From Lepidodermella squamata (Eukaryota > Animalia > Gastrotricha), in NCBI GenBank assembly GCA_047495785.1, contig JBLDXI010000009.1, positions 3,286,001 to 3,350,000 on the forward strand: DNA of 64,000 nt. Direction: 5' to 3'. Below the pieces are notes generated by a model, which had not been told where the DNA came from, did no database searches, and was given only the letters and a program-made list of their open reading frames with translations. Positions 24,374 through 37,103 of the stretch are shown piece by piece. Position 1 is the stretch's first letter. Each line of letters begins with the position of its first letter. The position numbers were made by a program, and so were the translations under genes.

Positions 24374-27300
24374 CTATTTTTTCTGAGAACGTGAATCTCC
24401 CCAAGCGGTTCCTTCGCGCTTGGGTGGTTTAGGAGTTGTGGACTTTTCTTTCGGTGGCGAAGTTGATTTCTGAGGTTTGATGTCCTCAATTGACGAATTG
24501 TCTGAATCATCTTCTTCATCGCTAACATCCTCCTTTTTGGGGTCTTTGTCATCAGCCACGTCCTCATCGTCTTCTTCCTCGATTTTCGGTTCGTTTATGG
24601 GAGGGTTCTTTATTCTGATTGCGTCCTCGTCACTTTCTTCCTCGTCAGATGATACCTCATTTGCGGGCGGCAACGGGTCGACGGATGGCTTTCTCGATAC
24701 TGCTGAAAGTCTGCTCAGTGGCCTAGTGATCATGGAATCACTCATCGCTCTTGGTCTCATTGATCCAGGTCGCACGCTAGCTTGCCTCGCCGATGGGACA
24801 TTTGGAGGTGTTGAAGTATCGTGCTCAAAAAGTGAGGTTTCTTCCTCCGCCGTCGAGGCGGTCCTCGACAGCGTTAGTTCTTCCGTCATGGTGGAAGTCG
24901 AAAGCGAAAGATGTATATAATCAAACTGATCACCGAAAAAATATTGGTGATACTTCTGCCTAATCATATCGTCGCTTTCCTTGAAGTTGAATCGTACGTC
25001 TCGCTTAAGCTTCGGCAAGGTTTGTACAGTTTCGTCAACAGCATCCGTTGCTTCGAGCACACGAACCATTTCGATTTGAGGAGGAGCTGTCTCAGATTGC
25101 TGAGCTTTTTTCTTCAGGCGAATTATCTCCTTTTCTAGCCTGAGTTTGCTGTAAGAAAATCGAATTACACTAAACAAACGCAATTCTGAATGACTTACTA
25201 GAAGATGAGCATTGCTATAATTAATCCGATTGAAATTACGAGTATTATAACTGTTGCAGCCACTATAACGATCCAGAATGGAAACCCGAGATGGGGCGAG
25301 GCCTTGCCAACAACAGGGTCAATGTAACCGGAAGTCGTCGCAGCGTCGCGACTTACAAACGGAACCACCGTGAAATCGTAGCCCAAATTAGGGTCAATGT
25401 TCCTTAGAGCGCCAAGAATTCTCATTTTCCTAATCACGAAACCATTACTGAAAACACCGTCGAATTTGTGAAATTTTACCCTTCATTTTGCAACAGGAGA
25501 GAGGCCAAGGTCCAAGCTTCAAATATGTCGGAATTAGGCTGACTCGCAGCTCGTTTACGCTTATTCCCACCATTTGAACAACAAGAACCCATAGCATCGG
25601 CTTTCGCAGTTAAAAAGAACGAAAATTCATGCCAATCCGTGAATTTGCTTGTTATATTGATCCCGTTCGAGGTAATACATGAGCCGGTCGGCATCTTAGG
25701 CGGCCAAGTGTTTCCAGGGCAACAAGTCCGCTCGTAAATGTTCTTGGATGCGAAGCACATGTTGGATAGATATTCCGCCAATGATGATTTCAGCTCTGTT
25801 TGAGCCACTGAGTCGAAAAGGTCGGGTGATAGGACCTTGGACTCGAATCTTATCTGCGTTCCGTAGGAGATTGTGTATTTATCAGCTGCGGAAGGAAATA
25901 TTGAGAAACTTCGGCTGAAATGTCATTCAAAGCTTACGCGGGCACTGCCCCTTTTCGCCAGCGCAAGGCTGGTAGATTGTTGATGAACCAGAACACTCAA
26001 CTTTGGACTCCGGGGCCCTGTCGCATGATCTTTTTATTGCTTGAATCCCGTCGCCACAACTTACACTACATTTTCCGTAAGACGTGACATTCCAGCCGTA
26101 ACAATCGACTCCATTTTCCTCCAAAGTATAGCCAGTTGGGCACAGGCAGACTGGGGTGTTCTCATTTATCATGGTACAAGCTGCTAGATAGCCGCATTGA
26201 TAGTCATCGGGGCAGGGGTAGTAGTCCAGAAAGTCATTGAATTTCCAGGCTTAAAATTATTGTTTAAAAACCTTTACGATTGCCCAGTGGGACTTACAGA
26301 CACATGTAGAATTCGCATAGTGCGTGTTGTAGAGTTCGGGACATTTTGAACAAGTCATACCAAGACCACAGTAAGAACTCGGAACATCAGCCCACATGTC
26401 ACAGGTGTCACCCAGTCCGACAACACTGCTATTTGAGGCTGGTCACATTTTGAATAAAGGAATGAAATGCAAACGCCAAATGTTTAACTTACGGATGCAT
26501 CTTTCACCGTAGACATACTTAGCTGTTCGAATATTGTATTCAATGTATGGCAAGTACTTTGTGCAGCTCGAACATGAACAGAGATTGTTAACGCATAAGC
26601 CCGTGAAGCAATCCGTGTCATTGTTACATTCCTCCATGTATTGCTTGAGCCTGTTAGAATTTGGCGAAACGGTTGTTGTTGTAGTGGTGCCTTTCGGAAC
26701 CGGGCAAAATGTTTGATAGACAGGCACGCAGACTCCTCGGGAACAAGTATTTGGCGGCAAGTCAAGCATTTTTGCGAAGTTCTCACAATAGTAACCCGGG
26801 CCACATGTGTTAGGACCGAATGGGTTGCATGCTGTGCGATCATTTCGCGTCAGGTTCATGATGTCTGGGGTAGATGAGCAGTCCATTGATTTTCGACTGA
26901 ACTGCGTCAGAGGAATTTCGTCGCATTGCGGGGGAAGTTTACGATGAAAAAACTGGCCGTCCCGAATTTGCGCCCACCAAATCCCACTGGCATTTCTGTA
27001 CAGCCCGGTGGTTGTGGATGACCCGTTCGGGAAAGGCATGGCGTAGTAGAACCCGCCCGACATTAACGGATCATTTACTGGCAGGTCTTGGATTGCAAAG
27101 TCGATCGGCGTTGAATTAGAAGTGATCGGCTCAGCGAATAGACTCCCACTTCGAAAAGACAGATAGTTTCTCCCAGTTGAATTCCTCCACCTCAAATTCG
27201 ATAGATAACTAGAACATTCGACAATTCTAGACAAAGAAAGGTGTTGTTACAGATATTTAAGCTGGACGGTGAGCTGCTTACCCTTCGTTGAATTCGCCGT

Positions 27301-28983
27301 TGTACCTGATAAAGTTATTCCTCGACCAAACCCGCCATTGTGAGCCAGTATACCAAAATTCAGTGAAAGCTGTACCCAAACGGTCTGTGAACCAACAGCA
27401 CGCCGTATCTTGACATCCCGGTTCATCTCTATCGACGTAAAAGTAAGAAATTCTGTATTGAGGCACCGTTTGATCCCTCTTTTCGATGTATCCTATCGCA
27501 TTCGTAACAGGCTCGTAGTAAGAAGTACTGTCCCAGTAAAATGACGGGCCATTGTTCGAGCAATACAGCCACCCAGAACCGTCTGTAGGCTTCAGACGGG
27601 ATAGGTACCAACTAAAATCGAAGGAATCATTTGCAAAAAGAACCCAACTATTGTCAGAATCTTTAAAGACTCTGAATCCCTTCTGCCAATAAGTCGAGTA
27701 GCCGATACTGAATTGAAAGTCCCCAACACAAAGATTAGCCGGTATAGGGCTATTTTGCATCGGAACGAAAATGCCTAGTTTCTGGTCGCAGAATGTCAAA
27801 AAATCTCCGGAAGATAGGCAAAGCAGTGCACTAGTGTTCTTGAGTGAGTAAAAAGGTGTTCCACTGCAACGCCGTTTGCCACACAGTTTTGGCAAGCTCT
27901 CAGGGTCCATCTGACTGGATGGCGGGGCCGGTGGGGTGGTCAAAGCGACGAGAGTAAAAGTGCCATTCTCGAAATTTACCATTTTCCCCCCATTAGCGGT
28001 ATCATAGCTGAATATCGAATTTTCAATACCGAGGTAGACGGTTCCGTTAGCGGTTTTGTCGTTAAAAGCTGATGATATGGTTTGCAGGTAGTTGAAATTC
28101 GGGTTAATTGCTGCTAAATCTTGGTAATATGACAAGCTTTTGCTAACAACAACTTTCTTGTAAACGGTGCCATTTTCAGCTTTGTATAAAGTTTCTTTGA
28201 CTTTCCACGCCATGTTTGTCGCAAACAATCGAAGACAAGTAGCAATGCCACTGTTGCCCAGGCCGTAATAAGGTTCGTATGATTGAACTTCTGGTAGCCA
28301 GATATACCAGCCTTCTTCATAGAACAAGAAGTCCCTCACCGGCCAGGTTGTATTTACTTTGTCATAGAGATAATCCTTAACCCAACAGCAACCCTTTTCT
28401 TTGCAACCATGAATTTCCTTCGAGCTGGCAAAGTTGATCAAGTCCTTTTGATTTACTCGTTGCGGGGTATGGACTATTCTGCCCTCGTCGTCAGTTTTAA
28501 CGTCGAAGTAGGTTCCGTTGTAGTAAAAGACCCTGACCTCTTGACCAACGTAATCTGAGGCGTAGAACCAGCCTTTGCCCTCACTATCGTGAAGTCGGGA
28601 TAGGTACCAACTCACCGACGCTCCAGATGGGTAAAACCGAGTACCGCCCAATCGATATGGATAATCCAGAATGGTTAAGGTGAATGCCCCATGAACAACA
28701 GTTTCAGGCGCATATTGTGACCGGTAAGGCAACCAGTTACCAAAAAGGCTTTCACAACCGAAGATTTTCGTGTCGTTAAATAGCCAACAAAACGTTTGCA
28801 GGCCGCCATGAAATGCGGTTGCGTTGAATATCCAACCATTACATTTTGCAGGATCACAATCTAAATAGATAAAACCACAGTGCCTGTCAACAACTTTTTT
28901 CATATCAATTTCTCACCAAGTGGTTCTATTCCATGAGCGGCGCGAGCCATTAAGAGGGCACTGATTACAGTAAAAACCTTCAT
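24374..28983 (-). CDS. R3: paralogue of R2 with a long acidic Ser-rich cytoplasmic tail
   Basis: Signal exon MKVFTVISALLMARAAHGIEPL at 28983; two aromatic repeats (27278-28862); EGF/TSP1 (25927-26172); KRKR; TM 25198-25437 spliced to YKLRLEK tail. Confidence 0.88.
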
Positions 28984-29170
28984 GATTATTCTGATTTTGT
29001 TTATTAATTTGACCCATTCCCCGGGTGCACCTTTTCAACTGATCAATAGATGATCTGCCAATCTTATATGTTAGACTTCAATCGATATGCGTCATAGCAG
29101 CACGCAGTTTATTTCTTAGATTCAATTCAACAGCAAGCAAAAGAAAATTCGAGAAAATTGATAAAAGAAA

Positions 29171-32100
29171 TCAGTATCCATGAGCCGCCCTAGGCGTAAC
29201 CATCATCCCGTTTTCAGGAGGATACTGGCCAAAGTAAGGCGGGTAGTTGCCGTCCTGCATCTGCATTTGCATGTCCATAGGTGGCATGTTGTTGTACATC
29301 ATTTGCGGATCGACTTGTTGCATGTGAAGGTTGACGTTACCACTCATCATCATGTTCGGGTTATTCATTCCCATCATCTCGTTAGCCGGAGGGGTCATTA
29401 TGGCATTTCGCCACCCGTCGGTTATCATAGCGCTATTTTGAGGACCCATCGCAATGTTAGCCGAAGGACCGCGCATCATGTGCCGCTGAGAGTCTCCGGT
29501 TCCAACCATGGGTTTCCTGGTCAACTCAGGCTCAGGCTTTTTCTTTTTCTTGTTCAGCAGTTCTCGAATTTTCACTTCTTTCTCGTGCCGCTTGGATAGG
29601 CAGTAGAATGTTATACCAACGGCTACACCAGCCATAACGGCAGCAAGGACCCCGGCAGTAGCACTCATGGCTACAACACTTGTTGAAGCTGCCGGGGAGA
29701 GAGTTCTTACCATGGCCTGAGTTACAGCTTCAGTGCTCTCAGTCGTAGTCGTATAGGATTGAATCGAGCTGTTCGTTACGGTGATGCTAGGGTCAATTGT
29801 TCTCAACACAGAGGTGAAGGAACCGAGACTGAAAAGTTTAAAATATAAATTCTAATTAGCTGGGGCGCTTTCTGACTTACGCATCGCGCTGCACTATTGC
29901 AGTGAGTACAGCTTGATCGAAATGATACGTTACAGTGGTTCTTTTCTTCCGATAGTAAATCTTGTTATAAGACACGTTGCAGCATTGGCTCTTTATATCA
30001 GACTGAGCGAAGATGAAAAACGTGAAATAGGAACCATCTGTGTACTCGTTTGAAATCTGTATCCCCACACTAGGGTTGATGCAGTCCGTCGTGAGTTTCG
30101 CGCTCGGATAAATCTTCCCAGGACAGCATTGGTTTTCGTAAGTAACTTGATTCGACGTGCACTCTGCGTTGAGTTTACTTGCCAGGTCATTTTTTAAGCC
30201 GGGAACGGCTTTCTGCCGAAATAGATCGACAGTTACGATTTTCGATGCAAATCCGATTTGAACCGCAGCAGGTAGCATAGTATCATTTACTTCAGTGAAT
30301 TAATAAACTTTTATCCACCCAATATTTATTTTCGAAAAATTCTTACCTGGACACTGTCCCATTTCGCCCATACATGGCTCTACAATAGTCGTACCATTGC
30401 CGTCGCAGTCCATTTTAGACCCATACTTTTTGTCGCAATACCTTACTGTAGTTTTCAAGCCGTTGCCACAATAAACATTGCATTCCGACTGTTCAGAAAT
30501 GGCCCAGCCGTAGCAGTCGACTAGATTCGGCTCCAGATTGTACCCCGGTGGGCATACACAAGACGGCATTTCTCCTCCTATCATTTCGCACCGGGCTTTA
30601 TAGCCGCAACCCATTGATCTTGGGCAGGTTACATTCAGCGGATTCAAAAATGAAGTGTACGCTGTGATAAGAGAAATTTTTCGCTTTTAACATGCAAATT
30701 TTGAGGGGGAACGACTCACGAATGCAAGTTGATTGAAAGTATTTGCTGTCCCATGTCTCAGGGCAAGCTTGGCAAGTCATACCGAAGCCACAATAAGCCT
30801 CAGGAACTGCAGCCCACATATCACATGGGTCACCAACCCCACCAATTGTTGAATTCTTAGCTGAGAATATGAAGGGCGATGAGAAACTGGTAATTTTTCG
30901 AAAAGAGTTACTTACGAATACATGATTCAGTGTAAATCATGATACCATAAGCTTCTTTGTATTCCAAACCGGCTAGAAATTTCGTGCAGTTGGTGCACGA
31001 GCATATGTCATCGGTGCAAATGCCTGTGTAGCAGTCTCCACCCACCGTACAACTTTGGCCGAACTCTGGAATAAACTAGCTTGTTATCCTGAGATCTCGA
31101 ACTTCAAAACTTACTTCTCAGCATTGGAATATCCGGCTCCGGTGTTGTAGTAGTCGATCCGGGCGACGTCGTGGTCGTCGTTGTTGTTGTGGTTGCAGTT
31201 GTACTTGCATTTGGATTAAGAGTTGTCGCCGTTGTCGGAGGTACAGTAGGGCATATTTGATTGAAGTAATCTTTGAGAAGAAAAAAGTATGCGTATAACC
31301 TTCAAAGAATTCTTGAATTTTTACCTGGAATGCAGAGTCCTTTTGTGCATACTGACGGGAAGCCATAAACAGTAGACATGGCCGCACAGTAGTAGTTTTT
31401 GGCGCACGGATTGGTAGCCGTGTTCGGATCACAAACTATAAACGATTAATATAATAATCGAATTTCCAGCCCGAGTTCTAGTTCTTACTTTGATAAAGCC
31501 ATGCCTCGTAGCGGTTCTCCGTCGTGTTGCAATACGGGTAAGGGTTCCCACTGTCGCCAAGTGATGTTACGTTGTCTTTATCGGAGCAACTTAGCGGAAT
31601 TCGCTGATAATTGAATGCCCCATTAGCGATGTTGACCCAAAATGATCCAGACTCGTTGAGATAGACGCCATAATAAGGCGAATTCGGGTCCCGGTAGTAC
31701 ACGTAGCCATCAGCTTCTGGGTCATATTTAACCGCCTCTAGCCAGTCCAAACCACTAACGACACTCCAATCGCTTGTGTCGAAGACAACACCTTTCACCA
31801 TTTGATACTCGGTATCCCGATCTTCAGGGTCAGTGAAGGTGACGTTGTTGAAAAAGGCCGCGCATCTCCCGATACCGTCGTTGAATTCGCCGGTATAGAG
31901 GTTGTATTTACTGTTCTGATAGATCAGCCATCCAGTTGAGTTGTAGATAAATTCGGTGAATGTCGTTGACCCGGGAACATAGTCTTGAAACCAACAACAT
32001 ATAGGACTGGTACATCCGTCATTGTTGTTGTATGTGAAGTACATGGGCAAGGTGTTTTGCGCGACTGTTTGCCCGAATTTCGAAACCTTGCCATCAGCGG

Positions 32101-32647
32101 CAGTTTTCAACATTGAATAATCAGTTCCATCGTAAAAGAAAGCCGAGTTTTGAGTGTCGCTGATAACAGTTTTGCAGTAGACGTATCCGCTGCCTTCGCC
32201 AGGCTTCAAACGACCCATGTAAGGATCAAGGACATTTTTGCCCAAATTTGTGTAGCCAGAAGCGTTTTGCTTGTAGTAATTTGTTCCATTAAGCCAGTAG
32301 GTTGTTGTGCCGATAGAAAATTTCAGGTAGCCATAGCAGGTAACATCCGGCACTTCTTGGCTGGCAAATGGCACGAAACTCGTCCCGTTGCAAAAGTTCA
32401 ATTGCGGTGTTGAGGTTGGCGTCCAGCAAAACAGCGTTGTACCGACGTAGTAGGAGTATGTATTAGTAGGGCAAGCAACACCGTTGCATTTATTATCATA
32501 GACAAATGCTACAGTAGCTGCAGCTGTAGTCTCATCCTGTCCAGAAACGTAGCCGTTCAGCGCGAAGACGCATAATAGACACACCTTTGATAAGAAGTTT
32601 TGAAAAATTAGCATTAGAAAATGAAAAAAACTTACAAATTTTCGCAT
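29171..32647 (-). CDS. R4: paralogue with one aromatic-rich repeat and a Met/Asn/Gln/Pro-rich tail
   Basis: Spliced signal MRKF|VCLLCVFALNGYVSG; EGF/TSP1 30300-30647; RKKR; TM AGVLAAVMAGVAVGITFYCL. Confidence 0.88.
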
Positions 32648-32883
32648 TTTGTTGCAATTTTAAGAACCATTCAGGAATTTACCATAATTTTTTTGTTATT
32701 ATTGATTCGAGCCGATCGCCTGTTTCGCACCTATAGGCGTTTATATCGCGCTACCATAGACAACATAACACGCTCGAGGTTAGTATTCACCTTCTGTGAT
32801 GAATAATTAATCGAAGACAAAGGGAAAGGAAATGATCGATCGTGGTAAGACAGCGCTCATTTGTTTCTTGCAAACAGATTCAT

Positions 32884-33301
32884 TCAATGTGGGTTCAGCT
32901 CAAGGTGGGTTGGGGAGGAGTATACAACATTTGACTGTTGACCTACAGGCGCAGAAAGGTCAGTTTCTGTATCATGGGATTCAGCGTCGATTTGACGATC
33001 TGAGATTTCAACTTGCAAAGCTATCGGTGCTACTTGGTTACAAGCAACAGATTGAAAGCGTCTGAAAACCATGCATTACAGAGACGAATTAAAAAAACAG
33101 GTCAGTTTACTTTAAACGAGCCCTTCGTCGCAGATAAAGTCGAAATACCACGGCTCCGACTACAACGGCAGATACAAGCGTGCCAGCTACCCATTTTTTG
33201 AGAGGGAAGCCATTGATTATGAAGCTTTCAGTGTGATCATGAGACCAATGTGATGTGGACTGAACTAGTTCATCATTAGATACTGCAGTTACACCTTCCA
33301 T
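32884..33301 (-). CDS. R5: minimal paralogue (short ectodomain, family juxtamembrane motif, TM, tail), two exons
   Basis: ORF 33107-33301 SFIINGFPLKKWVAGTLVSAVVVGAVVFRLYLRRR splices (GTAAAC...TTTTCAG) in frame to RFQSVAC...LELNPH* (32884). The motif matches IIDGAYVKKW of R6 and ITIDGIEVKKW of R8. An upstream exon cannot be excluded. Confidence 0.65.
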
Positions 33302-33512
33302 TTAATTCACAACTACTATCTTAGTACCTTCTTTTATTCACTCTGTTGTATGGTAAATGAGTCATAATTATTCAGCTAATATTTCAATCATTTCATATTC
33401 CCATAAATCAAATGGAAATTACCTGGGAGGCTTAAGTGCGAAAGTACTTCTGGCGAAATATTAATTTTATGCCAATTTCAGTAAAATAATCGATGAAATA
33501 TGCTTTGAAAAA

Positions 33513-36009
33513 TCATAATTTTGACTCTGGCGGTAAGTTATCGCTAGGGAATCGCAAAATGAAATCCGGATCAATACCGTTGTCTGGCAAGCGAAAATTG
33601 ATCATTTTACCAGCTGGTATACCAGGCAAGGGCTTCCTTTCAGGGAAGCGAAGCAGGAAAGGATCCTCATTATTTGACTGAAGTTTGTTCTTGTTGAGTC
33701 GACTCAATTCCACTGGAGCTGGGGCCGATTGAGATATCCTCCTAGATTGGTCTACATAAGGCAAAGCAGGACTTTGAGTGAATGAATTTGTAGGCAGAGG
33801 GCGCAATTTGCTTCCATTCGGCAGCTGAGGGCTGTTTTGTGGACTTCCGTATTTTTTGCGTTGCTCTAGAAGTAGAATAGACTTTCTCCGATTGGAGAAG
33901 GCAGAGGCTATTTCTTCATGAATAATTGATTTCCGGGATCCCATTCTATTCAGCGCTCCTTTCAATTTTTCGTAAGATGACCGGCGATCAGGAGGCGGCG
34001 CAGTTGCCTCTTTAACATCATTAGTTTCTTTGACAGAAGTCACCTGCCGGCTTCGCCTGTAAATATGAAGATGACAGGGTTGCAGAGTAGAGGATTGCAA
34101 GGTTCAAGGTTTTACCTTTTGACGACACAAATTGCGATGACAATTAAGGCGAGGATTAGGAAGAAGATAATCATTCCCACGGCTGCAATAGCCCATTTCT
34201 TGACGTATGCGCCGTCGATAATCAAATATTCATCGTCATTGTCAACTTGAGTTGTAGTCGGGCTGGTAGCTTTCGCTTTGGCTGTTTTTCTCATATTATT
34301 CAATGTTGTAGCTGTGACTGGCGTGGAGGAAGATGAATCTATTGCAGACGCGTAAGGATCAACCTTCGCAACAGCAGCGTAAAAGTCAGTGTTACTTTCA
34401 AAGGAGAACTCATGCAATGAAACATTCAAAATTGAGAATATTCTTACAAATCATCAGTTGCTAAGATGGTGCTGAGGGTGCTTTTACTGAGGGCTTCATC
34501 AGACACTGAGGCAGCTCGCTTTGCTCGTTGAGCTGAGCTGCAGAACAGATTTGAGGAATTGCGCTTGATCATAACTCCAACTGTGAAAACTCCATTTATG
34601 GATTTGAATGGCTCGTAGAAAAGGATGCTTGATATATCAACTAGGTTCCCTCCCAAATTGTCTCCCCTACAAAATTTGATGAAGTTTTGGTGAAGTTCAG
34701 CTGAAAAATTACCAAATTCTACCGGGACAACAATCATCGAAAATGGAGCTGTTGAAACAGGCTTTGTTCACGGATTTTGCGACCATGTTTCGAACGTTGC
34801 TTTCGAGATAAGAACCAAAAATTCCAGGCGTGATAACTTGTGTTTTGAAGGTAATATCTGTGATGTAATTTGTTAGGCTGGAATTATCTGAATTCAAAAC
34901 AAGAGATGTCCCCGGTCAGCTTCAACAGAGAAATCAACTCACATGAACACCTCACTGAAGTATGGCAGATCTCGGTTGTAGGACGTTGAGACGATAAGCA
35001 CGTTATGGAACTACCAGAGGGCGTATCGCAAGTGCTGTTAACAACGCGGATCCCAGATCCACCTAAATATTCAGTTTTACGGCTAGGGGTAGAGATATTT
35101 AAAGTTTTTCCAAGTCTCACATGAAACGCTGCACGACCCTTTAGATAGTGTTTTCCAACCTAAAACAGTATTGAGTTATATATCAGAAATTCGCAGTCCA
35201 AGATTCATACCGTAGCAGTCTTTATTATTGGTATGGAGTACATAGCCATCGGGGCAAATGCAGAAATTAGACGAACCATTGTCTAACGATGCACATGTTG
35301 CCATGTATCCACAGTCGCATTTTGAAGAGGACGAGTATATTGCACTCAAGTTAAGAGCTAAAATGTAAACGATTGAAGAAGATAAACCGGGGGGACGAAG
35401 ACAACATACCTCTGCAATATGAGGGTATAGCGTTGGTGGATTGATATTCAGGGCATTTTATGCAAATGCTAGAAGATCCACATAAGACAGAATCAGAGCA
35501 CGTATCCCCGATTCTAGACAGAACGTCGCTATCCCCTATAAAATTATCTTATATAGCAACCTTCGGCTTATAGGAAGAAGCTTTACCTGAGCAAGTCTCG
35601 CCATAAAGTAACCCAGTTGAATCGACTGATCTGTCTAATCCCAACTTTAAAGAGCTCGCATTTGTTCCACAGGAGCATTTTGACGAGTTACTATCGCAAC
35701 GGCCAGTGTAACAGTCTTCGTTATTCAAACAGTTATCGCCAAGCTCTGAAATAACAGTTGAGAGATATTTTTAGCTTAGTATTGCATGTTTCTGCACTTT
35801 TCAATGTAGGGGTCGCCGAGGTAGAGCTGAAACACTTTTGACGGCATGAAATTGGTTCTGCCATTAACAAGTTCAGCCCAGAAACATCAGAACAGCTGGA
35901 ATTCATCGCCATGGCCAACCCTGTGGGTTCAAAATTAAAAGACTCTTTGACTTGTTAGATGTAAATTCTTACCCAAACCAATAAAAAGGAGAATCAAAGT
36001 TATTAACAT
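33513..36009 (-). CDS. R6: compact paralogue (signal, Cys modules, EGF, TSP1, SEA-like/furin, TM, basic Ser-rich tail)
   Basis: MLITLILLFIGL|GLAMA; LGDNCLNNEDCYTGRC; CPEYQ; CICPDGY; RAKR; TM WAIAAVGMIIFFLILALIVIAICVV; tail ends ESKL. Confidence 0.82.
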
Positions 36010-36254
36010 TTTCGGAAAATTTCTAGCACAAGCGATTTTTCAATGTTAAAATGACTTTTATTGGAAATTTCTAGCACTCATGTTAATAAATAAACCCAAG
36101 AGGGCACGCGCACTCCACACATTAATTAAAATCGAACGTCATCGGATAACGCGACGTCATTAACCGTCAATCTGCATTTTCGGTTGTTTCGGCATAATTA
36201 CGGACGGCTCAAAGCCGTACGGAATGTTTGAATAGTTCTTCTGAGCATCTCGAT

Positions 36255-37103
36255 TAGAGCTGCCGCGGTTAAAAAAAATCAGTCCTCCGGTTAACCCGGT
36301 TAGGTTACACACGATTTTAATTTTAACCCGGTTAACCCGGTTAATCGCCGGTTAACCGCTGGTTAAGCGCAATTACTGTTTTAATATGTAGTTTTTTTAG
36401 AGTGCTTTTAAAGTCAAATTGGATAGGAAAATCGGATTCGGCGTGAAATTCTGCGTTAGAACATGTATAACACCATGTTTTTCAATTAATCCAAGAAAAA
36501 ATTATTTTTCACTATAAATAGTGCAAATTGAAATTTTATAAATCAAAATATCTTAATAACTTATCAACGGTTCGTTTTTTGAGGGTTTTGTCACCCACAG
36601 GGCAAATATCTGGCCTAATATTACATGGGTAATCGAATAGAACTGTCAGATTTTGAATAAGTTGCTTCCGATAGCTTCCGGAAGCAATTACCGATAATTA
36701 CCAGGTCGTAAAATTTATTGCACCCTCATTTTTTATGGAAATACCCCAACGCAATATATCAAATTATGCAGAATTTCACGCAGATTTCAAATTTGATGTC
36801 TATATCTTTATATGGGCAATACGTGATACCGATAATTGCTTTACCAACCTTATAATGTTGTTTATTCAAATTTGAAACTTGCGCCATATAGAAATATTTT
36901 GCATAACGTTTTTAACAGCAGCTGTGGTTGATTGCAGACTGTTGAAGCCACGCTGTGATTTGGCACCATTTAAATTTTTTTTAACCGGCGGTTAACCGCG
37001 GTTAATTTCAAAAAACTTTGGCCCTAACCGGGTTACGCCGGTTATAACCTAACCGGCGGTTAACCGCGGTTACTCGGTTAAATTCTTAACCGCGACAGCT
37101 CTA
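36255..37103. mobile_element. hAT-type MITE (849 bp)
   Basis: TIRs TAGAGCTG(C/T)CGCGGTTAA (18 bp, 1 mismatch); perfect 8-bp TSD ATCTCGAT at 36247-36254 and 37104-37111; many subterminal GGTTAACC/TAACCG motifs; no ORF. Confidence 0.95.
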
